Virus record (IMG/VR): IMGVR_UViG_3300009671_000009
Span: 64,001 to 128,000 of that record
Length of the DNA stretch: 64,000 bases
Reading direction: 5' to 3' (one strand)
DNA from: a virus
Taxonomy: Duplodnaviria > Caudoviricetes
The translations under genes and the position numbers were made by a program. Shown in pieces: positions 46,344-56,812 of this stretch. Under the pieces are notes generated by a model. That model ran no database searches. It saw nothing but the letters and a program-made list of their open reading frames with translations, and was not told the origin of the DNA. How positions within the stretch are numbered: the first letter of the stretch is position 1; every line of letters starts with the position of its first letter.

Positions 46344-46714
46344 TGGATGGTCAGGAAATTCGTGAAGTAGTTGCATCCATGGATGAAGTACTTAACGAGG
46401 CTTTCTTTGACCTCAGTGAAGTCCAGGCTGATTACGAAGAACTTAATTCCATCCTTCAAACCAGAATCGCAGAATTGTTTCTGCAAGGAAAAGATACTCC
46501 TGATCCAGGAGCGCGGGGTGGCGGCGGAATGAGTGACGAGAAAGCAAAAGCTTTCTCGAGAGCACAAGCTGCCGAAGAAGGATTAGTTGCAATGAAGCTT
46601 GAAGCTGAACGTAAATTAACTTTCATGGAGAACGTAATCAATCTCATGAAAGAGAAACGTGCCCTCTTAACTGTGAGCTATGGAACTGTAAAAATTGAAT
46701 CTCAATTGAGCTAA
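46268..46714 (+). CDS. Hypothetical coiled-coil protein
   Basis: AAGGAG SD before TTG. Confidence 0.6.
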   Translation: MAIEDWGAKAALYENKVKAIRILPMMDGQEIREVVASMDEVLNEAFFDLSEVQADYEELNSILQTRIAELFLQGKDTPDPGARGGGGMSDEKAKAFSRAQAAEEGLVAMKLEAERKLTFMENVINLMKEKRALLTVSYGTVKIESQLS

Positions 46715-46981
46715 AAGTTATAGGAGAGAGCAACATGATCGTTTCTAAACATGCGATAAGACGACTCAAAGATCATGCGCTGGTGCCAAAGACCATGGAT
46801 GGTCACAAGGCCCGCGAATTCATCAAGAAAAGAATCAACAGATATACTAGAAATATCTATGTAAATAAAAAAACTCTAGCCAGAGTACATATTACAGATA
46901 AATTTACAGCAATCATGTACGGTTCTAGAGTAGTAACAATCTATCCTAACGATCAGATTGATAAGGAGCGAATGTTAGAGA

Positions 46982-47467
46982 ATGGACAACTGCGACAAGT
47001 ACTGTAGTTGTCGCAACAGCGGCAAAGCATGCAGTCGATGTAGAATGTATGCACTATACAGACCTAAGCGTGATGCCAAGGTTAAGAGTAAGTCTAAGAA
47101 AGAAGGTATGTCTTTCCAAACAAAAGTCCAACAGAGACACATGGATGTTACTGGAGAACTAGGAAGGCAGACACCTAACTCTGGAGCTATTTGGTCTGAT
47201 CCTGGAGATTATGTTACTGAAAAAGATCTGGTTGAGTGCAAAGAAAGAAAACTTAATGCCAGAGGTGAGAAGAGCTTCACTATTACCCAAACTATCTTGG
47301 AAAAGATAGACGAAGAGGCAGGCAGCTCCAAGAACGGCATAGTCGCTTTTGGCTTCAAAGGAGACGACGAAGTTTATTGCATTGCAAAGTACGACCTTTG
47401 GTTAGCCCTAGTACAACAAATAAAACTACTACAAAGCGAGCTTGATAAATATGAACGACCTGAATAA
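46982..47467 (+). CDS. Hjc-like PD-(D/E)XK Holliday junction resolvase
   Basis: TPNSGA....GD.....VECK; N-terminal Cys cluster. Confidence 0.7.
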   Translation: MDNCDKYCSCRNSGKACSRCRMYALYRPKRDAKVKSKSKKEGMSFQTKVQQRHMDVTGELGRQTPNSGAIWSDPGDYVTEKDLVECKERKLNARGEKSFTITQTILEKIDEEAGSSKNGIVAFGFKGDDEVYCIAKYDLWLALVQQIKLLQSELDKYERPE

Positions 47468-47831
47468 AATGCAGGGTGGACGAGACCTTGACATAATGGT
47501 GGCCGAAACTTTATTCGGATCTAAACCTGATCCACGACACGGGTGGTATGGTTGGCAACCTAGGCCTTGTGCCGAAGCCGATGACTGGCAAGAAATAGAT
47601 CGTTTGCCTAAATACTCGACGGACATAGGTTTGGCAATCTTGGTATTAAATCGAATTAAGCAGATTGCAGATAGTGTGTCGATTGAAAGTACCAAGTACG
47701 GAAACTGGAAAGTCACAATTTCCAGAGTCCACGGAAGTTCAGACAGTAGCGTTCAACAACACGATGCTTTTCTCCCCGCGGCAATATGCAAAGCAGCAAT
47801 CATATTTTATATTAATTATGGAGGGAAATAA
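47442..47831 (+). CDS. Phage ABA-sandwich-like domain protein
   Basis: GRDLD..VAE, LPKYSTDI..A..V, PAAICKAA. Confidence 0.7.
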   Translation: MINMNDLNKMQGGRDLDIMVAETLFGSKPDPRHGWYGWQPRPCAEADDWQEIDRLPKYSTDIGLAILVLNRIKQIADSVSIESTKYGNWKVTISRVHGSSDSSVQQHDAFLPAAICKAAIIFYINYGGK

Positions 47832-48820
47832 TGCCATTACTTGAGGAAACGTTTATTAGATGTCTGAGCTGTGGTCACCCGTATTTCGTCGAAGCCCACG
47901 AACTTCTTTTACGCAAAGAACCTGTGAGATACTCTGATGATTACAACAGGGCAGAACTAGTTGTAGAAAATAGAAAGCTTATCTACAAGTGTTCTAAGTG
48001 CGGCGAAGTTCTTAACCGTGACGCAGCAGCAAAGAAGGCTGAGGCTGCAAGGAATAGTTTTGCGCCACCAAAGGTGGTACGCTATCCACAACCTGATAGT
48101 TCTTCTGGAGATCCAGACGCTGGTAAAACTACAACATCATAACGAAAGGGGCTGATAATCAGCCCCTAAATAAACATAAGAGGTGCAACTAGCAATTTAT
48201 GTATGAACAAAAAAGAGAACTGTTTAAAAAGGATTTCGATGATGAACTAAGAAAAGCACTGGGCAAGCCGAAAGAAAAGAGACCTGGTCAGCCTGTATCT
48301 CCAGTAGATCAGGACACTGAAAAGGAAAAGTTTGCAGTACAAATGGGAATACATGAGATAGAATCAATATCTCAGGCTATTCAAGAGTTTACAGATAAGG
48401 CAAAGGATTGTATAGTAGCTAGCCAGATTCTCAATGAACTTAGCCAGTTTGAAGAGGGTCTTGAATATACAAGACGTGTGCTCTGCTGGGACTTTAACCC
48501 TTTAACGCTTATAGCGAAAGAAGGGCCTAACTCTTACCGCAATCTGCTGTATTTTAGAAAGCAACTGATAACAGATCTGCTTAATAAATATGATAGGGGG
48601 TACTTCACTGAAGAAGATTCCAACTGAAGAAAAGGTAAGTTTAATACTCGACAAGTTCCCTGCTGCGGCAGACGATGATCGTCTTCTGATTTTGTTACTG
48701 TGGAAGATCTATGATGGCCTTGAAATACCTACCGAATTAATTAAAGAAATCTTGCTACATGGTACAATGCCTGAAAGTATCACAAGAGCAAAGCGCAAAT
48801 GCAAAAGTAAGACTCGATAG
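47831..48820 (+). CDS. Three hypothetical ORFs (47831-48142 Zn ribbon, 48199-48627, ~48590-48820)
   Basis: ORF packing; CxxC pairs in the first ORF. Confidence 0.55.
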
Positions 48821-49116
48821 TTGAGTCAATTTCGGAGGGATATGTATTAAAGTCTTAAGACCTGTACTCAATAATTTTGTAGTTGATATAGCCCTTTTTA
48901 CTAGGGAGCCTCATGGAAAACGATAGCGATAGATGTGCCAAGAAAACTTCTGAACTAGTCAGGATGCTGGCAAATACTCAAGCTTGTAAAAAGCCTAGGA
49001 TCTATGAGACTCCAATTATAATGTGGTATGCAACTAAAAGGAATTTACACAGAAAATAAATTCAGATTGCATATTATGTATCACCTTGGTTATACTATAT
49101 CCAGGAGGAATGTAAT

Positions 49117-49707
49117 ATGCCTGGAAGACGATTCACAGAAGAAGAACGGAAAACAATACTGGAAGGTTGGTTTGATCCCAAGAACAGAAAAGAGATATGC
49201 CAAAAGCTACAACGTACAGAAGGTACTTGTGCGTTTGAATACTACAGGATGCTTAGAAAGCGTGGGATATCTCCCGCTGAATACAAGAAAAGTCTGCTTG
49301 ATCAAAGTGTAATTCAGAGAGTCCAAGAGAATTCCAAAGCCGATAACAAAGATTTTCTTGTGTTGCAACTGGAGAATCTTATAACTCTTATAAAACAAAA
49401 AGAACCTGTTAATATACAGGTTCTTTTACAGGAGAACTTAGTCCTGAAGAGCAAAGTTGCGAGCTTAGAAACAAAGCTCAATGAAGTGCAGTCTACGCTT
49501 AAAAGCGAAAGAGAGGCATATCAGAAAACCTACAAGGAACTCGACTACTGGCTCAATCAATACTTTAACTTGACTAGCATCGAGAAACTGGCTAGCCTTA
49601 AAGATTTCCTTCCTAGGGTCAAAACAGTTGTCGATAAATACGGCACCGTGGTGGGCCTAGTAAAAGAAGGAGATCTTCATCCGATGCTCAAGGTATCAAC
49701 TAGCTGA
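49117..49707 (+). CDS. HTH/Myb-like N-terminus plus coiled coil, putative transcription regulator
   Basis: RRFTEEE...ICQKLQRTEGTC...YY. Has its own promoter TTGCAT-18 nt-TATACT (49067-49096) and an AGGAGG SD. Confidence 0.65.
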   Translation: MPGRRFTEEERKTILEGWFDPKNRKEICQKLQRTEGTCAFEYYRMLRKRGISPAEYKKSLLDQSVIQRVQENSKADNKDFLVLQLENLITLIKQKEPVNIQVLLQENLVLKSKVASLETKLNEVQSTLKSEREAYQKTYKELDYWLNQYFNLTSIEKLASLKDFLPRVKTVVDKYGTVVGLVKEGDLHPMLKVSTS

Positions 49708-50406
49708 CCAGCACGTATCATGGTAATCGCACCACTTACATTCATAGCTGCTCTTGATGTATTCACGTCGAGGCAGCTCTTTTTTTGTAACGCAATCGTT
49801 CACCATGACAACCTTTTCGAGGAGACGTTTTCCAAACTCGGGATCATAATCAACCAGGAACTCTAAAATTTCCTGGTTATTTTTATTCTCGATAAATATT
49901 AATCCATAAGGTATCTTGAGGAGTTCCATGTATAACTGAATCTGAGCATAGTAATCAGGATTAGGTTCATTGCTCTTGACCATCTGGGCAAACTTCTTGT
50001 CATTAGCACTTTTTAGCTCAACAATGGCAACATCATCCACGCCAGGTATAATGTCTTTAGTCGTAATGATAGAATCCAATCTCCCAGATATTCTAAGCTC
50101 AGGAACCTTAATAGGAAACTCATTTGCTACAAGTATCCCCATTTCTTCAAACCATGTCTGATACCTTTCATGCATTGAATTGCCGTTCTCCATTATCCGT
50201 ATAAGTTTCGGCTCTTTTGGAGGTTTTGGATATCCAAGCATATCATACACTATGTAACGTGAACATTTGTTGGCACTAGAGGGATAGAATCTTGGGCCTT
50301 CCAGCTCTGTCTTCTTCGCTCTTTCGACGTTAGATTTAGCATCCTTGTCTAATAAGTGGCTTGCAATTTTAGCAGCTAATAGTTTTTGTGAAATTATCAT
50401 AATCAA
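49696..50406 (-). CDS. Cas4-like PD-(D/E)XK exonuclease
   Basis: FYPSSANKCSR, G..MH, SGRLD, VELKS, QIQLYM, CKWCDY...C. Confidence 0.85.
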   Translation of the reverse strand: MIMIISQKLLAAKIASHLLDKDAKSNVERAKKTELEGPRFYPSSANKCSRYIVYDMLGYPKPPKEPKLIRIMENGNSMHERYQTWFEEMGILVANEFPIKVPELRISGRLDSIITTKDIIPGVDDVAIVELKSANDKKFAQMVKSNEPNPDYYAQIQLYMELLKIPYGLIFIENKNNQEILEFLVDYDPEFGKRLLEKVVMVNDCVTKKELPRREYIKSSYECKWCDYHDTCWSAS

Positions 50407-50529
50407 TATCTTCTCCTTATAGATATTATTATATGCGTTTCATTGTTAGTCAACGAATAAATTTCATAGAAAAGAATAGAATAAATATGGGCACTATCCC
50501 CTTTGTCCAAGACAAAGGTGCCCAATAGA

Positions 50530-50559
50530 AAAGCCAGGGTCGGGTCACCCTGGCTTTTT
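50530..50559 (-). terminator. Terminator after the glycan cluster
   Basis: AAAAGCCAGGGT-CGGGTC-ACCCTGGCTTTT inverted repeat. Confidence 0.7.
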
Positions 50560-51273
50560 AAATGTAGCTAACTGAGCTAAGTTCATAATGTGATCACAAC
50601 ATACAGACGTGTTTGCCCATATGGTAAATCTCTTAGCTTTAGCGTCTTCGCAGAATGTTATGTCTTCACCTTGACGATGGTATCCATACCTTACTCCAGC
50701 TTCTAATACTCTCCTAGATATGAGATAAACTGCCCCCGTAACATCGCACTTAAATAGAGAGTTCTTTGGAAAATCAAAATAATGTCTTATAGTACCAGCT
50801 TTGTTCTTCATGAGTATATTAGGATATCTTTTGGAAGCATCATTCCATATTTGTGCTGCAACAATATCTTTATCTGATTTCAAAAGTTCATTAAGAGTCT
50901 CAGGTTGAACCAATATATCAGAGTCAACACTAAACAGGTAATCTGCTCGTGAACGCAACGCGGTGTCTAAGAACTTGTTCCTAACAATCGATAGCGTATG
51001 ATAGATTTTTTCTCGAACGTAATGAGTACGCTCATCTGGGATTTGTCCTTGGTTACAGTGCACAACAATTGTTGAGCTGTATTCTTCTCCATATTCTGCA
51101 AGCCATTTATTAATGATGCTTTCTGAAGCATCTCTTGAATCGTTAATCACGAAACAAAGAATGATCTTTTTTTTATCATAGTTAAGATTATAGATGTGTT
51201 CCAGATAAGTTGGTAGTATCCATGCCCTATCTCTGACGGGTGCCCCCACCATAACTGTAGGTGTCTTATCCAT
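50545..51273 (-). CDS. GT2/GT-A glycosyltransferase
   Basis: GAPVRDRAW.L, RN...DYLFSVDSD, TGAVYLISR, GEDITFC. Confidence 0.88.
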   Translation of the reverse strand: MDKTPTVMVGAPVRDRAWILPTYLEHIYNLNYDKKKIILCFVINDSRDASESIINKWLAEYGEEYSSTIVVHCNQGQIPDERTHYVREKIYHTLSIVRNKFLDTALRSRADYLFSVDSDILVQPETLNELLKSDKDIVAAQIWNDASKRYPNILMKNKAGTIRHYFDFPKNSLFKCDVTGAVYLISRRVLEAGVRYGYHRQGEDITFCEDAKAKRFTIWANTSVCCDHIMNLAQLATFKKPG

Positions 51274-51275
51274 AT

Positions 51276-52382
51276 TTAAGCAGCTCCACTTTTAAGATAT
51301 TCTAGCACAAAATCTATAATTTTCTCGCTAGCATGTCCATCCCCATAGGGACTTACTGCCTTAGCCATTTGTTCATACTGAAATGTATTAGTAAGCAAAC
51401 GGGCTGCCGTTAGGCCAAAGGCCATAGGGTGGCACAATCTCGCAACCCCTGCTTTAATTCCCTCTGTTCTCTCTGTGCTTTCGCGTATAACAATAACAGG
51501 TTTTCCAAGCGAAGGAGCCTCTTCTTGTATTCCTCCAGAGTCAGTAATAACTAACTTACATCGCGCCATTACATGGGTTAATTGTCGATAATTCATAGGA
51601 GTAGTGAGCATTATCTTAGAGTGATTGGATAATTTCCTATATACCATCTCTTTTACGTTTGGATTCGGATGTACAGGGAAAACAATATAACACCCAGTAC
51701 TTCTAACTAAATCTAATATCTCATTACATATCTGTTCTATATACTTGAAGTTTTCGCGCCTGTGCGCCGTAACTAAAACAATGTCGCCCTTTACGCCGTC
51801 AACAGGACAGACTTCTGAGTCAGATGAAGTATTGACAACATCAAGAAATGCATCTATACCGGTATTGCCAGTAACAACAATAGTTTTTTCGGGAATTCCT
51901 TCTTTGATAAGGTTGTCGCGCGACTCTATTGTTGGAGCAAAATGATGCATTGCTAATGGGGATATCATTCTCCTGTGAGCTTCCTCTGGGAAAGGATCAT
52001 AACGATACGTCCTAAGACCGGCTTCAACATGTCCAATCGGAATGTTTCTATAAAATCCAGCCAATGCTCCGAAAAATGCTGAAGAAGTATCTCCCTGTAC
52101 CAAAATATAGTCAGGTTTTTCTGTCACGATAACGTCATCTAATCTAGTAATAAGTCGTCTCCCAAGCATAGCAAGGCTTTGGCCATGCATCGTACCTAAT
52201 ACATCAAGGTCGTAATCTGGTTTGATATGGAATACATCAAGAGCAGACTTAAGCATTTCTGATGAATGTTGCCCAGTGGATACTGTGACCACGCCAATCT
52301 TGCGTTTCTTTAGTTCTTTAATAATAGGCGCCATTTTTATTGCCTCTGGCCTTGTGCCAAATACTGCCATTATTCTTTTCAT
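51276..52382 (-). CDS. wecB: UDP-N-acetylglucosamine 2-epimerase (non-hydrolysing)
   Basis: FGTRPEAIKMAP, TGQH, QGDT, GHVEAGLRT, TAHRREN, TDSGGIQEEAPSLGKP, PYGDG. Confidence 0.96.
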   Translation of the reverse strand: MKRIMAVFGTRPEAIKMAPIIKELKKRKIGVVTVSTGQHSSEMLKSALDVFHIKPDYDLDVLGTMHGQSLAMLGRRLITRLDDVIVTEKPDYILVQGDTSSAFFGALAGFYRNIPIGHVEAGLRTYRYDPFPEEAHRRMISPLAMHHFAPTIESRDNLIKEGIPEKTIVVTGNTGIDAFLDVVNTSSDSEVCPVDGVKGDIVLVTAHRRENFKYIEQICNEILDLVRSTGCYIVFPVHPNPNVKEMVYRKLSNHSKIMLTTPMNYRQLTHVMARCKLVITDSGGIQEEAPSLGKPVIVIRESTERTEGIKAGVARLCHPMAFGLTAARLLTNTFQYEQMAKAVSPYGDGHASEKIIDFVLEYLKSGAA

Positions 52383-52485
52383 TATATGTTACCTACTTGT
52401 TTAAGAAGTTCTGCAGTTCTCTCGCCAGACCTTCCTCAATCTCTCCGTACAGTCCGCCAATACGGACAAAGTTAATAGACTTCAT
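52382..52485 (-). pseudogene. Internally deleted third paralog of the polyol-phosphate transferases
   Basis: N-terminus MKSINFVRIGGLYGEI joined out of frame to C-terminus GRSGERTAELLKQVGNI*, matching the ends of the two intact paralogs. Confidence 0.7.
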
Positions 52486-52487
52486 GC

Positions 52488-53390
52488 TTAAATGCTTCCT
52501 CCCGCTAGTTTTAGTAGCATGCTGGCACTTTCTTTTCCAGATTTACCTCGTAATTTTTGTGGGAAAATATCTTCTATGAAATCTTGTGTTGTCTTATCTA
52601 TGCCTTTCTTGTATGCCAACCTAACAAGTTCACATAGATCCTTCATGTTTGTTGCATGGTAACCGATTTTATTTTTATATATATAATCTTCGAAAGAATT
52701 GTTATAAGTTTTCTGTATGTAGTCTTTAACAAGCCAATCTGGAAAAACAACAGGCTTGCCTAAAGACCATGCTTCATAAATGATGCTACTACAATCGCTA
52801 ATTACAACATCTGCATTTGCTAATCCTTGTAGCGTAACTACACCTTTAGCGTTAGCTGGATGCAAAGATGTTATGGTTTTAAACTCTTTAGGCATATTTC
52901 CAAGTAGTTGCATAAAGTTAGGATAAGCTGATGCACCTTTCCTGCTAGTCCATCCTGGTAAGTTATGTGTGGGTGCATATAACACAACAGGCTTATCGCT
53001 GCTTTCCTTAACAATCTCTCCTTGAAAAATAGGGTCTAGTTTTGTATATCCAACAACTAGAATTTTGCTTTTATTTAACCCTTGGCGGATCATTTTGTTT
53101 ACCCACGATGGTCCTGAAACACAAACGTAGTCAAATACTTTTACTTTACTAGCGTTTCTCCAATTCTTATCTGCTATCCCATGAGAAATAAAAACATTTG
53201 TACCCGTCACATTGATCTTCTTGAAATAATTTATGGGGTCTAAAAAGAAATGCACATTAATTGCATTCTTCATGCAATCGTTCGTTTCATAAAACTCAGG
53301 CAGGTATTTTTCGATAGGATCAATTAAGCTTCTAACTACACCTAGGTAGAATGCGCCTGTGTTCTTCATAACGAAATTAATAGGCTTCAT
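52488..53390 (-). CDS. CDP-glycerol/ribitol phosphotransferase-like protein (TagF/TarL fold)
   Basis: ISHGIADK, GYTKLD, VLYAPTHN, LHP, ADVVISDCSSIIYEAWSLGKPV. Confidence 0.8.
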   Translation of the reverse strand: MKPINFVMKNTGAFYLGVVRSLIDPIEKYLPEFYETNDCMKNAINVHFFLDPINYFKKINVTGTNVFISHGIADKNWRNASKVKVFDYVCVSGPSWVNKMIRQGLNKSKILVVGYTKLDPIFQGEIVKESSDKPVVLYAPTHNLPGWTSRKGASAYPNFMQLLGNMPKEFKTITSLHPANAKGVVTLQGLANADVVISDCSSIIYEAWSLGKPVVFPDWLVKDYIQKTYNNSFEDYIYKNKIGYHATNMKDLCELVRLAYKKGIDKTTQDFIEDIFPQKLRGKSGKESASMLLKLAGGSI

Positions 53391-53394
53391 CTGG

Positions 53395-54021
53395 CTATAC
53401 ACCTCTTACTCTGATGTTTTGACCATCAATCAAATCACCGTTGTCAACTAGAAAGGAAACTATATCTGCTACATCTTCAGGTTGCATGATACTTGTTTGA
53501 TCTTCATCTGGAGCGAGCTTCTTCCTAAGTGCAGTAGCACACCTTCCAGGAGAAAGACAATATACTTTGATACCATAAGGACTTAGTTCCTCTGACATTG
53601 TTGCAGAAAAATTAATCACGGCTGCCTTGGCTGCAGCATACGCACTCCAACCAGGTTGCGCCCTCATTCCTGCGGTAGAAGCAATATTGATAATCTTACC
53701 TCCGACGTTCTTAGCATGTTTGACAAATTCACGCGTGCAAAAGAACGTACCGCTTAGATTGGTATTAATGGTTTGATACCATTCCTCGTCTGTTATTTCA
53801 AGCAACCCTTTTGGCTCTACGAATCCTGCACAATTAACAAGCACCGACGGAATTCCGTGAAACTTGACTATCTCGCTGAATAAGAAACTTACATCCCAAG
53901 GACTGGTTACATCAAACCCAGCTGATCTTGATAAGTTCCACACTTGATGTGTCTCTGACAATTTTTTAGATATAGCAAGACCTATGCCGCTACTGCCTCC
54001 TGTTACAACCGCTATCTCCAT
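53395..54021 (-). CDS. Short-chain dehydrogenase/reductase
   Basis: TGGSSGIG, NCAG, NIAS, YAAAK, SPGRCAT. Confidence 0.92.
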   Translation of the reverse strand: MEIAVVTGGSSGIGLAISKKLSETHQVWNLSRSAGFDVTSPWDVSFLFSEIVKFHGIPSVLVNCAGFVEPKGLLEITDEEWYQTINTNLSGTFFCTREFVKHAKNVGGKIINIASTAGMRAQPGWSAYAAAKAAVINFSATMSEELSPYGIKVYCLSPGRCATALRKKLAPDEDQTSIMQPEDVADIVSFLVDNGDLIDGQNIRVRGV

Positions 54022-54649
54022 AAAGAATCGCCTCCGCTAATCTGAAGTCCAATGGTGTTGTTATTTTAATGTTATGCTCTAGTCCTTTTATAACTGCAGG
54101 TGAAATCCCGAATACATCTTTGAGTAAACTTGAATCATCAGTATAAGTCTTGTCAGCTAAAAAGTGTGCTCCAGACAATATTCTTCTGTCGAACACTTGT
54201 GGAAGTTGTACATTAAATACTGTATCCCGCGAAGGGAACAGTTCCGACGATGTATCATACAATGTAAAGTTCAAACTTTCAATTGGAATTACTGCTGTGT
54301 CGTCTATCGACAATAGTTCGCGCACATGTTCCTTTGTTATAAAAGGTCTAACAGCTTCGTGAATTATGACTCGGTCTGTTTGGCAATAAACAAGAGCATT
54401 CTTAACAGATTCTTGTCTGGTGTCTCCGCCTTCGATAACGACTGCCTTTGATATTTTATATTGATCAATATATGTCTGTACTCTATTGTCCCTAGACGCA
54501 ACAATAATCCGCGATATCTCTTCCATAGACTCAAACAATTCTAATGGATAAACCACAATAGGTTTGCCGCCCAACAGGTAAAACTGTTTTGGATATGATA
54601 GCCCCGATCTCAAGCCTAATCCTGCAGCAAGTAAAATAACATCAAACAT
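53990..54649 (-). CDS. IspD/TarI-family cytidylyltransferase
   Basis: LLAAGLGLR...PKQF, GGDTRQESV, IHEAVRPF, QLPQVF, TDD, NIKITTPLD. Confidence 0.92.
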   Translation of the reverse strand: MFDVILLAAGLGLRSGLSYPKQFYLLGGKPIVVYPLELFESMEEISRIIVASRDNRVQTYIDQYKISKAVVIEGGDTRQESVKNALVYCQTDRVIIHEAVRPFITKEHVRELLSIDDTAVIPIESLNFTLYDTSSELFPSRDTVFNVQLPQVFDRRILSGAHFLADKTYTDDSSLLKDVFGISPAVIKGLEHNIKITTPLDFRLAEAILYGDSGCNRRQ

Positions 54650-55514
54650 TTGCTATACTCCTTAGAAGTGAAGCAGTCTCTGCTCCAGATTTGCCTCTCA
54701 AAGAAGAAGGTAATATACCTTCCATGAACTTGGTAACAGCAGGAGAAAGAGAATTTCTTAAGCCGTACGTTATCATTCTCATTAGTTCGCTTTCGTTGTT
54801 GGCATGCAGGCCGAGCCTGCCATTGAATACTTGAGATTCAAGGCTGGATCCTCTGACCAAACTGGGCCTTAATAGCCATGAAGGGAATACTACTTGTTTA
54901 CCTAAAGCCCATGCTTCATATAATGTACTTCCAGAGTCCGCCACAACAACGTCGGCATTTACTAACTTTTGCAAGGTCGGTTCATGATTATCGCTGTTAG
55001 CTGGATGCAGGGAAGTAAGAACCTCATACCCCTTCTTGGTGAGCATCTCAAAAAATCTAGCAAGGTGAGGATAACTAGACATTTTAGGATTGGAATTGTG
55101 GGTAGGTGCCCACAGTATTCTTTTTTTGGCCGAGGGTGTTTTAACAATCTTACTTTGAAATATAGGATCAAGCTTTGCATATCCGTTAACTAGAATTTTG
55201 TTTCTAGGGATGCCGTCTTTCAGCATTTTATCTACCCATGTTGGCCCAGACACACAAACATAGTCAAATCTTGATACGCTGCGTCCATCTCTATATCTCT
55301 TATCTGCTATACCGTGAGACATAAAAACCATAGTTCCAGTTTCTCTATACAACCAATTTTCTACAAAGAAAGTAACATTGATTGCATCAGGCTCAGGAAC
55401 AGTAGTCACGGTCGCTTCTGGCAAATGTTCTAAGATTGGATTAATCATGCTTTTGATTATCTTTTCATACGGCCCACCGACAGCAAGCAAGTTTATTTTT
55501 TTCACAGTGCTCAC
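54642..55514 (-). CDS. CDP-glycerol/ribitol phosphotransferase-like protein (paralog)
   Basis: MSHGIADK, GYAKLD, ILWAPTHN, LHP, ADVVVADSGSTLYEAWALGK. Confidence 0.8.
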   Translation of the reverse strand: MSTVKKINLLAVGGPYEKIIKSMINPILEHLPEATVTTVPEPDAINVTFFVENWLYRETGTMVFMSHGIADKRYRDGRSVSRFDYVCVSGPTWVDKMLKDGIPRNKILVNGYAKLDPIFQSKIVKTPSAKKRILWAPTHNSNPKMSSYPHLARFFEMLTKKGYEVLTSLHPANSDNHEPTLQKLVNADVVVADSGSTLYEAWALGKQVVFPSWLLRPSLVRGSSLESQVFNGRLGLHANNESELMRMITYGLRNSLSPAVTKFMEGILPSSLRGKSGAETASLLRSIANV

Positions 55515-55517
55515 TCC

Positions 55518-56165
55518 TCATAGTCCACTTTGCTTCACTAGGTTTGTCACCGTAGTATGCATGTAGTTGTTTGTTTGACTTACAACAACATTGCCCACTC
55601 TCTTTTCAGGCGATAAGACAGCTAAAGCAAGACCCCCTACGTATGTATTTCTAAAGAGATCTCCAGTTACAAAGTCTGTTTCAATTTTATGTACATGTGG
55701 ATTGCCATTCCAGTCGGCATCCACAAAGGCTTGCCTGGTTTCTGGATACCACGAATCATGTCCCATAATTATCATGTCATGGTTTACATGTAACTTAAGC
55801 AGGTTATTAATATCTGCCAATACTGTTTTATAAGAATGATCTCCATCAACCATTGCGAAATCAACACATACACCGTTGGTATTTAACTCGGATACCAAAG
55901 CTGGCAATGTCTCTTTGGAATCGCCTTCAATCCATTTAGCATTTGGATATAAAGACTTGTCAAGGTTTGAATGGTTTATATCTAAAGAATACACTGTATC
56001 AAAATTTCGGCATAAAACTCTAAGGAACCCACCCTTGTAGCTTCCAATTTCTATTGCTACTTTCTTCCTGGGAATCTTGTTAAATAAATAGAAGATTGTC
56101 ATCCTCTCAGCAAAGCTCATCTGCCATAATATATCTTGCGTAAAGATCTCATTTATATCTATCAT
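55518..56165 (-). CDS. Class I SAM-dependent methyltransferase (Methyltransf_24-like)
   Basis: IEIGSYKGG, GDS, VDGDHSY, GHDS. Confidence 0.85.
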   Translation of the reverse strand: MIDINEIFTQDILWQMSFAERMTIFYLFNKIPRKKVAIEIGSYKGGFLRVLCRNFDTVYSLDINHSNLDKSLYPNAKWIEGDSKETLPALVSELNTNGVCVDFAMVDGDHSYKTVLADINNLLKLHVNHDMIIMGHDSWYPETRQAFVDADWNGNPHVHKIETDFVTGDLFRNTYVGGLALAVLSPEKRVGNVVVSQTNNYMHTTVTNLVKQSGL

Positions 56166-56812
56166 TGAACCCTTATCCTTTCCTGAATCCGTGTACCTGG
56201 AAGCCAACTTCCAGCAAACATATGATAAGTGTAAGCTTCTGGAGTCACTATAGGTTGTAGCTTGGCATGGTTAAAACTGCAAAAGGTACTTACTGGAAAT
56301 ATGACAACTCCGTCCTGCAAGTAAATTCTACCGTTCTCTTTTTTAATCATTAAAGGCCAAGAAAGGTCTGTGATCAGTTTGGTATTTGGCGATACACGAT
56401 GCGGATCAAAATCGGTACTATCATAGTAGTCAAGCATTGTCTTTACCCATGGGTGCCCAAGTTCGCTACCCATGGTGGCGGTAACCCAAAGCTTTTCTGT
56501 CTCACATCCAGTAAATGCCCGAAGCGATAAAAACCCATCTAAGGGTTTAACCACTTCTACGTCAGAGTCTAGATAGATTCCTCCTTCGTTGTACAGCGCC
56601 CACATTCTTAGATAATCAGTTACAAATGCAAACTTCTTGGCATCGTATGCTTTTTTAGCATATGGATGAGCACTAAGATCAAAGTTCTTTTCGTTCCACT
56701 CTTTAAATACATACCCGCGGAGGTGTCTTGACCAGCTACTTATGCATCTCTGTATCAATGGAGACTTTGGAGCTGAACCGAACCAGCAAGTATGAACGAT
56801 TTTAGGAATCAT
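56162..56812 (-). CDS. GT32 (DXD sugar-binding) glycosyltransferase
   Basis: MIPKIVHTCWFG, CISSW, EWNE, FVTDYLR...GGIYLDSD, HMFAGSW. Confidence 0.92.
   Translation of the reverse strand: MIPKIVHTCWFGSAPKSPLIQRCISSWSRHLRGYVFKEWNEKNFDLSAHPYAKKAYDAKKFAFVTDYLRMWALYNEGGIYLDSDVEVVKPLDGFLSLRAFTGCETEKLWVTATMGSELGHPWVKTMLDYYDSTDFDPHRVSPNTKLITDLSWPLMIKKENGRIYLQDGVVIFPVSTFCSFNHAKLQPIVTPEAYTYHMFAGSWLPGTRIQERIRVQ

Noticed and set aside
49696-50406. Cas4 as part of a CRISPR-Cas system
   Set aside because: No cas1/cas2 or array is seen; solo Cas4-like nucleases are common in phages.
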